Assembly (NCBI RefSeq): GCF_003334405.1 | Contig: NZ_QOWM01000001.1 | Source of the DNA: Escherichia coli | Lineage (GTDB): Bacteria > Pseudomonadota > Gammaproteobacteria > Enterobacterales > Enterobacteriaceae | DNA: 64,000 nt | Strand: one strand, 5' to 3' | In this document: positions 48,569 through 60,707 of the stretch, piece by piece | Layout of the letters: each line of letters opens with the position of its first letter | Numbering within the stretch: position 1 is the first letter of the stretch | Position numbers and translations under genes: made by a program | Notes under the pieces: model-generated | What the model was told of the DNA's origin: nothing | The model's input: the letters and a program-made list of their open reading frames with translations, nothing else | Databases searched by the model: none

Positions 48569-50572
48569 TCAGGCACCTTTCACTCCCAGCACCTTATGCG
48601 CTTTTGCCACAATATTCTCGGCGGTAAAGCCAAAGAACGGGAACAGCTTATCCGCCGGAGCAGATTCCCCGTAACCCGTCATCCCGACAATTGCCCCTTT
48701 CAGACCAACATACTTGTACCAGTAATCGGCAATACCTGCTTCCACCGCCACGCGAGCCGCAACGTTAGAAGGCAACACCGACTCCCGATATTCCTCATCC
48801 TGGGCGTCGAAAATATCGGTCGAGGGCAGGGAAACTACGCGTACATTGCGACCTTCTCCTGCTAATTTCTCTGCCGCTTGCAGGGTAATTTCCATCTCTG
48901 AACCGGTGGCAATCAGAATAATATCTGGCTTACCGCCGCTGTCTTTCAGCACATAACCGCCACGAGCAATCTCTTTAACCTGATCCGGCGTACGTTCCAC
49001 CTGGGCCAGATTCTGCCTTGAGAGGATCAGTGCCGTCGGTCCGTTGTGGCGCTCAACCGCCAGCTTCCAGCCCACCGCCGCTTCCACCTGATCGCACGGT
49101 CGCCAGGTGCTGAAATTTGGCGTTAAGCGCAGGCTGGCCAGTTGCTCAACAGCCTGGTGCGTCGGACCATCTTCGCCCAGGCCAATTGAGTCGTGGGTAT
49201 AAACCATAATCTGCCGCGCTTTCATCAGTGCCGCCATCCGCGCGGCGTTACGGGCGTATTCAACAAACATCAGGAACGTCGCGGTATACGGCACAAAGCC
49301 GCCGTGGTGCGCGATGCCGTTGGCGATAGCGGTCATGCCAAATTCACGCACCCCGTAGTGAATGTAGTTGCCCGCTGGATCTTCCTTCAGCGAAACAGAA
49401 CCTTTCCAGATGGTCAGGTTGCTGGGAGCCAGATCCGCCGAACCGCCGAGCAACTCAGGCAGCATCGGCCCGTAAGCGTTAAGCGTATTTTGCGAAGCCT
49501 TACGGGTAGCGATTTTCGCCGGATTTGCCTGTAACTCATTGATATATTTCTGAGTCGTTTTCTCCCAGTCCTTCGGTAAACCACCGCTCATCCGTCGGGT
49601 AAACTCTTCTGCCAGTTGCGGATGAGCCTTTTTATAGGCGGCAAACTTCTCATTCCAGCTCTGCTGCGCTTTTTCGCCTTTTTCACGGGCATCCCAGGCG
49701 TGATAAATCTCTTTAGGGATCTCAAATGGCGGATGGTGCCAGCCCAGTTTTTGCCGTGCCAGCGCCACTTCTTCTTCCCCCAGTGGTGCGCCGTGCGCCT
49801 CTTCCTTACCTGCTTTATTCGGCGAACCAAAGCCAATCACCGTACGGCAGATAATCAGCGACGGCTTATCTTTCACGCTTTGCGCTTCAAGGATCGCTTC
49901 CTTCACCGCCTGCGGATCGTGACCGTCGATTTCATGGATCACATGCCAGTGATAGGCTTCAAAACGTTTTGCCGTATCGTCGGTAAACCAGCCTTCTGTT
50001 TCACCGTCGATGGAAATACCGTTGTGATCGTAAAAACCAATCAGCTTGCCCAGTCCCAGCGTGCCTGCCAGCGAACAGACTTCGTGGGAAATACCTTCCA
50101 TCAGGCAGCCGTCGCCCATAAACACATAGGTGAAGTGATCGACGATCTCATGGTCTGGCTGGTTAAACTGCGCCGCCAGTGTACGCTCTGCTATCGCCAG
50201 CCCGACGGCGTTCGCCAAACCTTGTCCAAGCGGGCCGGTGGTGGTTTCAACGCCTGGCGTATAGCCAATCTCCGGGTGGCCTGGGGTTTTCGAATGCAAC
50301 TGACGGAAGTTCTTCAGTTCTTCCAGCGGCAGGTCGTAACCGGTCAGATGTAGCAAACTGTAGAGCAGCATCGACGCGTGACCGTTGGAAAGAATAAAGC
50401 GGTCGCGATCATACCAGGTTGGGTCGGTAGGGTTATGTTTAAGAAAATCGTTCCACAGCACTTCGGCAATATCAGCCATGCCCATCGGCGCGCCGGGATG
50501 ACCAGAGTTGGCTTTTTGTACCGCATCCATACTGAGTGCGCGAATCGCATTGGCAAGGTCTTTTCGGGACAT
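48569..50572 (-). CDS. tktB: Transketolase 2
   Basis: 667 aa from the ATG at 50570-50572 ([18 protein letters not shown]); TPP-binding motif GDGCLMEG. Confidence 0.95.
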   Translation of the reverse strand: MSRKDLANAIRALSMDAVQKANSGHPGAPMGMADIAEVLWNDFLKHNPTDPTWYDRDRFILSNGHASMLLYSLLHLTGYDLPLEELKNFRQLHSKTPGHPEIGYTPGVETTTGPLGQGLANAVGLAIAERTLAAQFNQPDHEIVDHFTYVFMGDGCLMEGISHEVCSLAGTLGLGKLIGFYDHNGISIDGETEGWFTDDTAKRFEAYHWHVIHEIDGHDPQAVKEAILEAQSVKDKPSLIICRTVIGFGSPNKAGKEEAHGAPLGEEEVALARQKLGWHHPPFEIPKEIYHAWDAREKGEKAQQSWNEKFAAYKKAHPQLAEEFTRRMSGGLPKDWEKTTQKYINELQANPAKIATRKASQNTLNAYGPMLPELLGGSADLAPSNLTIWKGSVSLKEDPAGNYIHYGVREFGMTAIANGIAHHGGFVPYTATFLMFVEYARNAARMAALMKARQIMVYTHDSIGLGEDGPTHQAVEQLASLRLTPNFSTWRPCDQVEAAVGWKLAVERHNGPTALILSRQNLAQVERTPDQVKEIARGGYVLKDSGGKPDIILIATGSEMEITLQAAEKLAGEGRNVRVVSLPSTDIFDAQDEEYRESVLPSNVAARVAVEAGIADYWYKYVGLKGAIVGMTGYGESAPADKLFPFFGFTAENIVAKAHKVLGVKGA

Positions 50573-50591
50573 ATAACACTCCGTGGCTGGT

Positions 50592-51542
50592 TTATAGTTT
50601 GGCGGCAAGAAGATCTTCCAGTTTGCGTTGATCAACGGCGAACAGACGAATGCCTTCAGACAGTTTTTCTACCGCCATCGCATCCTGATTGTGCTCCCAA
50701 CGGAACTCCGCTTCGCTCATGGGAGCTGGGCGTGGGAACGTCTGAGAAGGTGGGATTAATTTACGTACCACTGGCGAAACTTTTTCCTGCAGCTCCTTCA
50801 GTAAATTCGGTGCGATAGTCAGTCGATCGCAGCCGGTTAAGGCGAGGATTTGTTCGGTGCGACGGAAGCTCGCGCCCATCACAATGGTTTCATAGTGGTG
50901 TTGCTTATAGTAGTCGTAGATATTGCGCACCGATTTAACGCCCGGATCTTCTTCCACCACATACGGGTCCATCGGCTTGCGTGCCTGATACCAGTCATAA
51001 ATACGCCCGACAAACGGCGAAATCAGAAAAACGCCTGCTTCCGCACAGGCCCGTGCCTGTGCAAAAGAAAACAGCAGCGTCAGGTTGCAGTTAATACCTT
51101 CTTTTTCCAGCTCTTCTGCCGCGCGAATTCCTTCCCAGGTCGAAGCCAGCTTGATCAGAATGCGTGATTTCTCAACGCCTTGTTGCTGATACAAGTCCAC
51201 CAGATGGCGCGCCTTCTCAATACTCTTTTCTTTATCAAAAGAGAGGCGTGCATCAACTTCTGTTGACACGCGACCGGGTACGATTTTGAGGATTTCAGCA
51301 CCGAAATTGACCGCCAGTTTGTCACACGCTGCGACCACCTGTTGTTCCTGGGTCTTGCCATTTTTTTTACCCCAGGCGATAGCATCGTCTATTAAATGCT
51401 CATATTGTGATAATCCGGCAGCTTTGAGTAACAGCGAAGGATTGGTGGTGGCATCCTGGGGATGATAATGGCGAATGGACTCAATATCGCCGCTGTCTGC
51501 CACGACAGTGGTGAACTGTTTGATGCCGTCTAACTCGTTCAT
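50592..51542 (-). CDS. talA: Transaldolase A
   Basis: 316 aa; transaldolase family; 19 bp upstream of tktB. Confidence 0.95.
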   Translation of the reverse strand: MNELDGIKQFTTVVADSGDIESIRHYHPQDATTNPSLLLKAAGLSQYEHLIDDAIAWGKKNGKTQEQQVVAACDKLAVNFGAEILKIVPGRVSTEVDARLSFDKEKSIEKARHLVDLYQQQGVEKSRILIKLASTWEGIRAAEELEKEGINCNLTLLFSFAQARACAEAGVFLISPFVGRIYDWYQARKPMDPYVVEEDPGVKSVRNIYDYYKQHHYETIVMGASFRRTEQILALTGCDRLTIAPNLLKELQEKVSPVVRKLIPPSQTFPRPAPMSEAEFRWEHNQDAMAVEKLSEGIRLFAVDQRKLEDLLAAKL

Positions 51543-51830
51543 AGGAAATACTCCTTGAAAAGTAAAGTGTTAGATGAGTGCGTTAATTCACACTTCTGAG
51601 AAATTTCGCTAAACGCATCAAAAAAGCATAGCAGACAGGCATGGTATTGCTGGATTAAGCAGGTAACATCAGTGTTATAGGATTATTACCAAAACATTAT
51701 ATTAATGGTGAGAGTTTGGACTTGCTCAAAGTCTGTAGACTCCGGCAGGGTAATAATGTGCGCCACGTTGTGGGCAGGGGCTGTTGCCCACACACTTTAT
51801 TTGTGAACGTTACGTGAAAGGAACAACCAA

Positions 51831-54110
51831 ATGGATGACCAGTTAAAACAAAGTGCACTTGATTTCCATGAATTTCCAGTTCCAGGGAAAATCCAGGTTT
51901 CTCCAACCAAGCCTCTGGCAACACAGCGCGATCTGGCGCTGGCCTACTCACCAGGCGTTGCCGCACCTTGTCTTGAAATCGAAAAAGACCCGTTAAAAGC
52001 CTACAAATATACCGCCCGCGGTAACCTGGTGGCGGTGATCTCTAACGGTACGGCGGTGCTGGGGTTAGGCAACATTGGCGCGCTGGCAGGCAAACCGGTG
52101 ATGGAAGGCAAGGGCGTTCTGTTTAAGAAATTCGCCGGGATTGATGTATTTGACATTGAAGTTGACGAACTCGACCCGGACAAATTTATTGAAGTTGTCG
52201 CCGCGCTCGAACCAACCTTCGGCGGCATCAACCTCGAAGACATTAAAGCGCCAGAATGTTTCTATATTGAACAGAAACTGCGCGAGCGGATGAATATTCC
52301 GGTATTCCACGACGATCAGCACGGCACGGCAATTATCAGCACTGCCGCCATCCTCAACGGCTTGCGCGTGGTGGAGAAAAACATCTCCGACGTGCGGATG
52401 GTGGTTTCCGGCGCGGGTGCCGCAGCAATCGCCTGTATGAACCTGCTGGTAGCGCTGGGTCTGCAAAAACATAACATCGTGGTTTGCGATTCAAAAGGCG
52501 TTATCTATCAGGGCCGTGAGCCAAACATGGCGGAAACCAAAGCCGCATATGCGGTGGTGGATGACGGCAAACGTACCCTCGATGATGTGATTGAAGGCGC
52601 GGATATTTTCCTGGGCTGTTCCGGCCCGAAAGTGCTGACCCAGGAAATGGTGAAGAAAATGGCTCGTGCGCCAATGATCCTGGCGCTGGCGAACCCGGAA
52701 CCGGAAATTCTGCCGCCGCTGGCGAAAGAAGTGCGTCCGGATGCCATCATTTGCACCGGTCGTTCTGACTATCCGAACCAGGTGAACAACGTCCTGTGCT
52801 TCCCGTTCATCTTCCGTGGCGCGCTGGACGTTGGCGCAACCGCCATCAACGAAGAGATGAAACTGGCGGCGGTACGTGCGATTGCAGAACTCGCCCATGC
52901 GGAACAGAGCGAAGTGGTGGCTTCAGCGTATGGCGATCAGGATCTGAGCTTTGGTCCGGAATACATCATTCCAAAACCGTTTGATCCGCGCTTGATCGTT
53001 AAGATCGCTCCTGCGGTCGCTAAAGCCGCGATGGAGTCGGGCGTGGCGACTCGTCCGATTGCTGATTTCGACGTCTACATCGACAAGCTGACTGAGTTCG
53101 TTTACAAAACCAACCTGTTTATGAAGCCGATTTTCTCCCAGGCTCGCAAAGCGCCGAAGCGCGTTGTTCTGCCGGAAGGGGAAGAGGCGCGCGTTCTGCA
53201 TGCCACTCAGGAACTGGTAACGCTGGGACTGGCGAAACCGATCCTTATCGGTCGTCCGAACGTGATCGAAATGCGCATTCAGAAACTGGGCTTGCAGATC
53301 AAAGCGGGCGTTGATTTTGAGATCGTCAATAACGAATCCGATCCGCGCTTTAAAGAGTACTGGACCGAATACTTCCAGATCATGAAGCGTCGCGGCGTCA
53401 CTCAGGAACAGGCGCAGCGGGCGCTGATCAGTAACCCGACAGTGATCGGCGCGATCATGGTTCAGCGTGGGGAAGCCGATGCAATGATTTGCGGTACGGT
53501 GGGTGATTATCATGAACATTTTAGCGTGGTGAAAAATGTCTTTGGTTATCGCGATGGCGTTCACACCGCAGGTGCCATGAACGCGCTGCTGCTGCCGAGT
53601 GGTAACACCTTTATTGCCGATACATATGTTAATGATGAACCGGATGCAGAAGAGCTGGCGGAGATCACCTTGATGGCGGCAGAAACTGTCCGTCGTTTTG
53701 GTATTGAGCCGCGCGTTGCTTTGTTGTCGCACTCCAACTTTGGTTCTTCTGACTGCCCGTCGTCGAGCAAAATGCGTCAGGCGCTGGAACTGGTCAGGGA
53801 ACGTGCACCAGAACTGATGATTGATGGTGAAATGCACGGCGATGCAGCGCTGGTGGAAGCGATTCGCAACGACCGTATGCCGGACAGCTCTTTGAAAGGT
53901 TCCGCCAATATTCTGGTGATGCCGAACATGGAAGCTGCCCGCATTAGTTACAACTTACTGCGTGTTTCCAGCTCGGAAGGTGTGACTGTCGGCCCGGTGC
54001 TGATGGGTGTGGCGAAACCGGTTCACGTGTTAACGCCGATCGCATCGGTGCGTCGTATCGTCAACATGGTGGCGCTGGCCGTGGTAGAAGCGCAAACCCA
54101 ACCGCTGTAA
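51831..54110 (+). CDS. maeB: NADP-dependent malic enzyme MaeB (malic enzyme fused to a PTA-like domain)
   Basis: 759 aa; N-terminal malic-enzyme domain and C-terminal phosphotransacetylase-like domain. Confidence 0.95.
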
Positions 54111-54402
54111 TTTTTTTTAACTCTCACGCTTACCCTGAATATTCAGGGTAAGCAGTTTAGCTGCAATATATTAGTAAAGCTTATTACTGAGTTTGCGAAT
54201 AATAAAAAAAAGCAGTCTATATAATATCTCGATATTATTTTATTTATATTCATGCGTTGCATATGAAAGTTTATGCACCACAGCGAATATCTCTCCATTC
54301 TTAGTGATCTACCTCACCTTTTAAACGCGCTTGCCGAATTTTGTTATTTACTCTGACGAAAAATTGTCACGATACACGAAAGTTTTTCACAGGCGGCGAC
54401 TC

Positions 54403-54738
54403 ATGGATAAAGAACGCATCATTCAGGAATTTGTGCCCGGCAAACAGGTCACACTGGCGCATCTCATCGCGCATCCCGGTGAGGAACTGGCGAAGAAAAT
54501 CGGCGTTCCGGATGCGGGCGCAATTGGCATTATGACGCTAACTCCCGGCGAAACGGCGATGATCGCCGGTGATTTAGCGCTGAAAGCCGCTGATGTGCAT
54601 ATCGGTTTTCTCGACCGATTCAGCGGTGCATTGGTGATTTATGGCTCGGTGGGCGCAGTAGAAGAAGCGTTATCACAAACCGTCAGCGGTTTAGGTCGCT
54701 TATTAAATTATACGCTTTGTGAAATGACCAAAAGTTAA
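54403..54738 (+). CDS. eutS: Ethanolamine microcompartment shell protein EutS (BMC domain)
   Basis: 111 aa from the ATG at 54403 ([14 protein letters not shown]); BMC-domain protein. Confidence 0.85.
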
Positions 54739-54750
54739 TACGAGGCATTC

Positions 54751-55230
54751 ATGAAACGAATTGCGTTTGTGGGTAGCGTCGGGGCAGGAAAAACAACGTT
54801 ATTTAATGCGTTGCAGGGGAATTATACCCTCGCCAGAAAAACACAGGCCGTGGAATTTAATGATAAGGGCGATATTGATACGCCGGGTGAATATTTTAAC
54901 CATCCCCGCTGGTATCACGCCTTAATTACCACGCTACAGGATGTAGACATGCTGATCTATGTCCATGGCGCAAATGACCCGGAAAGTCGGTTGCCTGCCG
55001 GGTTGCTGGATATTGGCGTCAGCAAACGGCAAATCGCCGTCATCAGTAAAACGGACATGCCAGATGCTGACGTCGCCGCAACGCGAAAGTTATTGCTTGA
55101 GACGGGCTTCGAAGAGCCGATTTTCGAGCTAAACAGCCACGACCCGCAAAGCGTGCAGCAACTGGTGGATTATCTGGCATCTCTCACCAAACAGGAGGAA
55201 GCAGGTGAAAAAACTCATCACAGCGAATGA
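54751..55230 (+). CDS. eutP: Ethanolamine utilisation protein EutP (P-loop NTPase)
   Basis: 159 aa; Walker A GSVGAGKTT. Confidence 0.85.
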   Translation: MKRIAFVGSVGAGKTTLFNALQGNYTLARKTQAVEFNDKGDIDTPGEYFNHPRWYHALITTLQDVDMLIYVHGANDPESRLPAGLLDIGVSKRQIAVISKTDMPDADVAATRKLLLETGFEEPIFELNSHDPQSVQQLVDYLASLTKQEEAGEKTHHSE

Positions 55231-55906
55231 TATTCGTGAAGCACACGCGCGCGGCGAACAGGCAATGTCCGTGGTTCTGCGCGCCAGCATTATTACCCCG
55301 GAAGCCCGTGAAGTGGCGGATCTACTGGGTTTTACCATCACCGAATGTGATGAATCGATCCCGGTAACGGCGTCCGTGCCCGCCAGCGTGCCAGCCGACA
55401 AAACCGAAAGCCAGCGCATCCGCGAAACCATCATTGCCCAGCTGCCGGAAGGCCAGTTTACCGAAAGCCTGGTCGCACAGCTGATGGAAAAAGTGATGAA
55501 GGAAAAACAGTCGCTGGAGCAGGGCGCAATGCAGCCGAGCTTCAAATCGGTGACCGGCAAAGGCGGCATCAAAGTGATTGATGGCAGTAGCGTCAAGTTT
55601 GGTCGTTTCGACGGCGCAGAGCCGCATTGCGTGGGCTTGACTGATCTTGTGACCGGAGACGACGGCAGCAGCATGGCCGCCGGTTTTATGCAGTGGGAGA
55701 ACGCATTCTTCCCGTGGACCCTGAACTACGACGAAATCGACATGGTGCTGGAAGGGGAGCTGCATGTTCGCCACGAAGGCCAAACCATGATCGCCAAAGC
55801 AGGCGACGTGATGTTTATCCCGAAAGGCTCCAGCATCGAATTTGGTACGACATCCAGCGTGAAATTCCTGTATGTCGCCTGGCCGGCTAACTGGCAATCC
55901 CTATGA
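55205..55906 (+). CDS. eutQ: Ethanolamine utilisation protein EutQ (cupin)
   Basis: 233 aa; start overlaps the eutP 3' end by 26 nt. Confidence 0.8.
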   Translation: MKKLITANDIREAHARGEQAMSVVLRASIITPEAREVADLLGFTITECDESIPVTASVPASVPADKTESQRIRETIIAQLPEGQFTESLVAQLMEKVMKEKQSLEQGAMQPSFKSVTGKGGIKVIDGSSVKFGRFDGAEPHCVGLTDLVTGDDGSSMAAGFMQWENAFFPWTLNYDEIDMVLEGELHVRHEGQTMIAKAGDVMFIPKGSSIEFGTTSSVKFLYVAWPANWQSL

Positions 55907-56706
55907 AAGATTTCATCACCGAAGCATGGCTAAGAGCGAACCATACGCTCAGCGAAGGCGCAGAGATCCATCTCCCTGCGGACAGTCGCCTGACGCCCTC
56001 TGCCCGGGAGTTGCTGGAAAGCCGCCATCTGCGCATCAAGTTTATTGACGAGCAGGGCCGCCTGTTTGTTGACGATGAACAGCAGCAGCCGCAGCCCGTT
56101 CATGGGCTGACCAGTAGCGATGAACATCCGCAGGCGTGCTGCGAACTGTGTCGCCAGCCGGTGGCAAAAAAGCCGGATACGCTGACTCACCTGTCGGCGG
56201 AAAAAATGGTCGCCAAAAGCGATCCGCGTCTGGGTTTTCGCGCGGTTCTCGACAGCACCATTGCGCTGGCAGTGTGGCTGCAAATTGAACTGGCGGAACC
56301 GTGGCAGCCGTGGCTGGCGGATATCCGTTCGCGTCTTGGCAACATTATGCGCGCCGATGCGCTGGGGGAACCGCTGGGCTGCCAGGCGATTGTCGGGCTT
56401 TCTGACGAAGATCTGCATCGGCTTTCTCATCAGCCGCTGCGCTATCTCGACCACGATCATCTGGTGCCGGAAGCCAGCCACGGGCGCGATGCTGCGTTGC
56501 TCAATCTGCTACGCACCAAAGTGCGGGAAACCGAAACCGTAGCGGCGCAGGTCTTTATCACCCGCAGCTTTGAAGTATTACGCCCGGACATTTTGCAGGC
56601 GCTGAACCGCCTTTCGAGCACGGTCTACGTGATGATGATCCTGAGCGTAACGAAGCAGCCGCTAACGGTGAAGCAGATCCAACAACGACTGGGGGAAACG
56701 CAATGA
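55903..56706 (+). CDS. eutT: Corrinoid adenosyltransferase EutT
   Basis: 267 aa; ATGA start/stop overlap with eutQ. Confidence 0.85.
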
Positions 56707-57719
56707 TTATTGAACGTTGTCGTGAACTGGCGTTGCGAGCGCCCGCCAGAGTGGTTTTTCCGGATGCGTTAGACCAACGTGTGCTGAAAGCCGCGCAATA
56801 TTTACATCAACAAGGTCTGGCAACGCCCATTCTGGTCGCCAATCCGTTTGAACTTCGTCAGTTTGCGCTCAGTCACGGCGTGGCGATGGACGGGCTACAG
56901 GTGATTGATCCGCATGGCAACCTCGCAATGCGGGAAGAATTTGCTCATCGCTGGCTGGCCCGCGCGGGCGAAAAAACGCCGCCGGATGCGCTGGAAAAAC
57001 TTACCGACCCTCTGATGTTCGCCGCAGCAATGGTCAGCGCCGGTAAAGCGGATGTCTGTATCGCGGGCAACCTCTCTTCCACGGCAAATGTGCTGCGTGC
57101 CGGATTACGCATTATCGGCTTGCAGCCAGGCTGTAAAACGCTCTCTTCCATTTTCCTGATGTTGCCACAGTACAGCGGCCCGGCGTTGGGCTTTGCCGAT
57201 TGCAGCGTGGTGCCACAGCCGACGGCGGCGCAGCTGGCGGATATCGCGCTTGCCAGTGCCGAAACCTGGCGCGCCATCACCGGAGAAGAGCCGCGCGTGG
57301 CGATGCTGTCGTTTTCCAGCAATGGTAGCGCCCGTCACCCCTGTGTTGCTAACGTCCAGCAGGCGACAGAAATCGTCCGTGAGCGCGCACCAAAGCTGGT
57401 GGTGGATGGCGAGTTACAGTTTGACGCCGCCTTCGTGCCGGAAGTGGCGGCGCAAAAAGCGCCTGCCAGCCCGCTACAGGGCAAGGCCAATGTGATGGTT
57501 TTTCCGTCGCTGGAAGCCGGAAATATTGGTTACAAAATCGCACAACGACTCGGCGGATATCGTGCCGTCGGGCCACTGATACAAGGACTTGCCGCGCCGA
57601 TGCACGATCTCTCTCGTGGTTGTAGCGTGCAGGAAATTATCGAGCTGGCGCTGGTGGCAGCTGTGCCGCGTCAGACAGAAGTGAACCGCGAAAGCAGTTT
57701 ACAAACACTGGTTGAATGA
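56703..57719 (+). CDS. eutD: Phosphotransacetylase EutD
   Basis: 338 aa; PTA family; ATGA overlap with eutT. Confidence 0.9.
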
Positions 57720-57757
57720 ACGGTCCCGTTCTGGACCCTGATAAAGAGGAAAGCACA

Positions 57758-58051
57758 ATGGAAGCATTAGGAATGATCGAAACCCGGGGCCTGGTTGCAC
57801 TGATTGAGGCTTCTGACGCGATGGTGAAAGCTGCGCGCGTCAAGCTGGTTGGTGTTAAGCAGATTGGCGGCGGCCTGTGTACTGCCATGGTTCGTGGTGA
57901 TGTTGCAGCCTGTAAAGCCGCGACCGATGCAGGTGCCGCAGCGGCACAGCGTATCGGCGAGCTGGTATCTGTACACGTTATCCCGCGTCCGCACGGCGAC
58001 CTGGAAGAAGTCTTCCCGATCGGCCTGAAAGGCGATAGCAGCAACCTGTAA
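57758..58051 (+). CDS. eutM: Microcompartment major shell protein EutM (BMC hexamer)
   Basis: 97 aa from the ATG at 57758 ([26 protein letters not shown]); canonical BMC domain. Confidence 0.9.
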   Translation: MEALGMIETRGLVALIEASDAMVKAARVKLVGVKQIGGGLCTAMVRGDVAACKAATDAGAAAAQRIGELVSVHVIPRPHGDLEEVFPIGLKGDSSNL

Positions 58052-58157
58052 TCACCCTGTGTGACGTCGATTCGGGCGTCACGCTCTCTCCTTTTTCATT
58101 TTACCTTCTGCGGAGGGTAGGGGGAGCTTTTACCTGAAATACGCCACGGAGGCGGGT

Positions 58158-58445
58158 ATGAAACTGGCAGTCGTCACTGGACAAATTGTTTGTACCGTAC
58201 GCCATCACGGACTGGCGCATGACAAATTGCTGATGGTGGAAATGATTGATCCACAAGGTAATCCTGACGGGCAATGCGCCGTCGCCATCGACAATATTGG
58301 CGCGGGAACCGGGGAGTGGGTGTTACTGGTGAGTGGCAGTTCCGCCCGCCAGGCGCATAAAAGCGAAACGTCACCGGTCGATCTGTGCGTGATTGGCATT
58401 GTCGATGAGGTGGTGTCTGGCGGTCAGGTAATTTTCCACAAATAA
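58158..58445 (+). CDS. eutN: Microcompartment vertex protein EutN (EutN/CcmL family)
   Basis: 95 aa (MKLAVVTGQIVCTVRHHGL). Confidence 0.9.
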   Translation: MKLAVVTGQIVCTVRHHGLAHDKLLMVEMIDPQGNPDGQCAVAIDNIGAGTGEWVLLVSGSSARQAHKSETSPVDLCVIGIVDEVVSGGQVIFHK

Positions 58446-58456
58446 GGCAGAACATC

Positions 58457-59860
58457 ATGAATCAACAGGATATTGAACAGGTGGTGAAAGCGGTACTGCT
58501 GAAAATGCAAAGCAGTGACACGCCGTCCGCCGCCGTTCATGAGATGGGCGTTTTCGCGTCCCTGGATGACGCCGTTGCGGCAGCCAAAGTCGCCCAGCAA
58601 GGGTTAAAAAGCGTGGCAATGCGCCAGTTAGCCATTGCTGCCATTCGTGAAGCAGGCGAAAAACACGCCAGAGATTTAGCGGAACTTGCCGTCAGTGAAA
58701 CCGGCATGGGGCGCGTTGAAGATAAATTTGCAAAAAACGTCGCTCAGGCGCGCGGCACACCAGGCGTTGAGTGCCTCTCTCCGCAAGTGCTGACTGGCGA
58801 CAACGGCCTGACCCTAATTGAAAACGCACCCTGGGGCGTGGTGGCTTCGGTGACGCCTTCCACTAACCCGGCGGCAACCGTAATTAACAACGCCATCAGC
58901 CTGATTGCCGCGGGCAACAGCGTCATTTTTGCCCCGCATCCGGCGGCGAAAAAAGTCTCCCAGCGGGCGATTACGCTGCTCAACCAGGCGATTGTTGCCG
59001 CAGGTGGGCCGGAAAACTTACTGGTTACTGTGGCAAATCCGGATATCGAAACCGCGCAACGCTTGTTCAAGTTTCCGGGTATCGGCCTGCTGGTGGTAAC
59101 CGGCGGCGAAGCGGTAGTAGAAGCGGCGCGTAAACACACCAATAAACGTCTGATTGCCGCAGGCGCTGGCAACCCGCCGGTAGTGGTGGATGAAACCGCC
59201 GACCTCGCCCGTGCCGCTCAGTCCATCGTCAAAGGCGCTTCTTTCGATAACAACATCATTTGTGCCGACGAAAAGGTACTGATTGTTGTTGATAGCGTAG
59301 CCGATGAACTGATGCGTCTGATGGAAGGCCAGCACGCGGTGAAACTGACCGCAGAACAGGCGCAGCAGCTGCAACCGGTGTTGCTGAAAAATATCGACGA
59401 GCGCGGAAAAGGCACCGTCAGCCGTGACTGGGTTGGTCGCGACGCAGGCAAAATCGCGGCGGCAATCGGCCTTAAAGTTCCGCAAGAAACGCGCCTGCTG
59501 TTTGTGGAAACCACCGCAGAACATCCGTTTGCCGTGACTGAACTGATGATGCCGGTGTTGCCCGTCGTGCGCGTCGCCAACGTGGCGGATGCCATTGCGC
59601 TAGCGGTGAAACTGGAAGGCGGTTGCCACCACACGGCGGCAATGCACTCGCGCAACATCGAAAACATGAACCAGATGGCGAATGCTATTGATACCAGCAT
59701 TTTCGTTAAGAACGGACCGTGCATTGCCGGGCTGGGGCTGGGCGGGGAAGGCTGGACCACCATGACCATCACCACGCCAACCGGTGAAGGGGTAACCAGC
59801 GCGCGTACGTTTGTCCGTCTGCGTCGCTGTGTATTAGTCGATGCGTTTCGCATTGTTTAA
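58457..59860 (+). CDS. eutE: CoA-acylating acetaldehyde dehydrogenase EutE
   Basis: 467 aa; aldehyde-dehydrogenase family. Confidence 0.9.
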   Translation: MNQQDIEQVVKAVLLKMQSSDTPSAAVHEMGVFASLDDAVAAAKVAQQGLKSVAMRQLAIAAIREAGEKHARDLAELAVSETGMGRVEDKFAKNVAQARGTPGVECLSPQVLTGDNGLTLIENAPWGVVASVTPSTNPAATVINNAISLIAAGNSVIFAPHPAAKKVSQRAITLLNQAIVAAGGPENLLVTVANPDIETAQRLFKFPGIGLLVVTGGEAVVEAARKHTNKRLIAAGAGNPPVVVDETADLARAAQSIVKGASFDNNIICADEKVLIVVDSVADELMRLMEGQHAVKLTAEQAQQLQPVLLKNIDERGKGTVSRDWVGRDAGKIAAAIGLKVPQETRLLFVETTAEHPFAVTELMMPVLPVVRVANVADAIALAVKLEGGCHHTAAMHSRNIENMNQMANAIDTSIFVKNGPCIAGLGLGGEGWTTMTITTPTGEGVTSARTFVRLRRCVLVDAFRIV

Positions 59861-59870
59861 GGAGTAACAG

Positions 59871-60707
59871 ATGGCGCACGACGAACAATGGCTCACCCCA
59901 CGTCTGCAAACGGCGGCAACGCTGTGTAACCAGACGCCCGCCGCGACGGAATCTCCGCTGTGGCTGGGGGTGGATCTGGGCACCTGCGATGTGGTGTCGA
60001 TGGTTGTCGACCGCGACGGTCAGCCAGTGGCGGTATGCCTCGACTGGGCCGATGTGGTTCGCGACGGCATCGTCTGGGATTTCTTCGGCGCTGTCACCAT
60101 TGTTCGTCGCCATCTCGACACGCTCGAGCAGCAATTCGGTCGTCGTTTTAGCCATGCGGCGACTTCATTTCCTCCAGGTACGGACCCGCGTATTTCCATC
60201 AACGTGCTGGAATCTGCCGGACTGGAAGTGAGCCATGTGCTGGATGAGCCAACCGCAGTTGCGGATCTGCTGCAACTGGACAACGCCGGTGTAGTGGATA
60301 TCGGCGGCGGCACTACCGGCATTGCCATCGTGAAAAAGGGCAAGGTGACGTACTCGGCGGATGAAGCCACCGGCGGACATCACATCTCTCTGACTCTCGC
60401 CGGAAATCGCCGTATTTCGCTGGAAGAGGCGGAGCAGTACAAGCGCGGTCACGGTGAAGAGATTTGGCCTGCGGTGAAACCGGTGTACGAAAAAATGGCG
60501 GACATTGTCGCCCGGCATATTGAAGGGCAGGGCATTACTGATTTATGGCTGGCGGGCGGCTCTTGTATGCAACCGGGCGTGGCGGAACTGTTTCGCAAAC
60601 AATTCCCGGCGTTACAGGTGCATTTACCGCAGCACAGTTTGTTTATGACCCCGCTGGCGATCGCCAGTAGTGGGCGAGAGAAAGCGGAGGGGCTATATGC
60701 AAAATGA
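59871..60707 (+). CDS. eutJ: Ethanolamine utilisation protein EutJ (actin/Hsp70-like ATPase fold)
   Basis: 278 aa; ASKHA-type motifs (GVDLGTCDV, DIGGGTTG). Confidence 0.85.
   Translation: MAHDEQWLTPRLQTAATLCNQTPAATESPLWLGVDLGTCDVVSMVVDRDGQPVAVCLDWADVVRDGIVWDFFGAVTIVRRHLDTLEQQFGRRFSHAATSFPPGTDPRISINVLESAGLEVSHVLDEPTAVADLLQLDNAGVVDIGGGTTGIAIVKKGKVTYSADEATGGHHISLTLAGNRRISLEEAEQYKRGHGEEIWPAVKPVYEKMADIVARHIEGQGITDLWLAGGSCMQPGVAELFRKQFPALQVHLPQHSLFMTPLAIASSGREKAEGLYAK

Noticed and set aside
52923-53837. 304-aa ORF antisense to maeB
   Set aside because: Shadow ORF within the maeB coding region; composition-driven.
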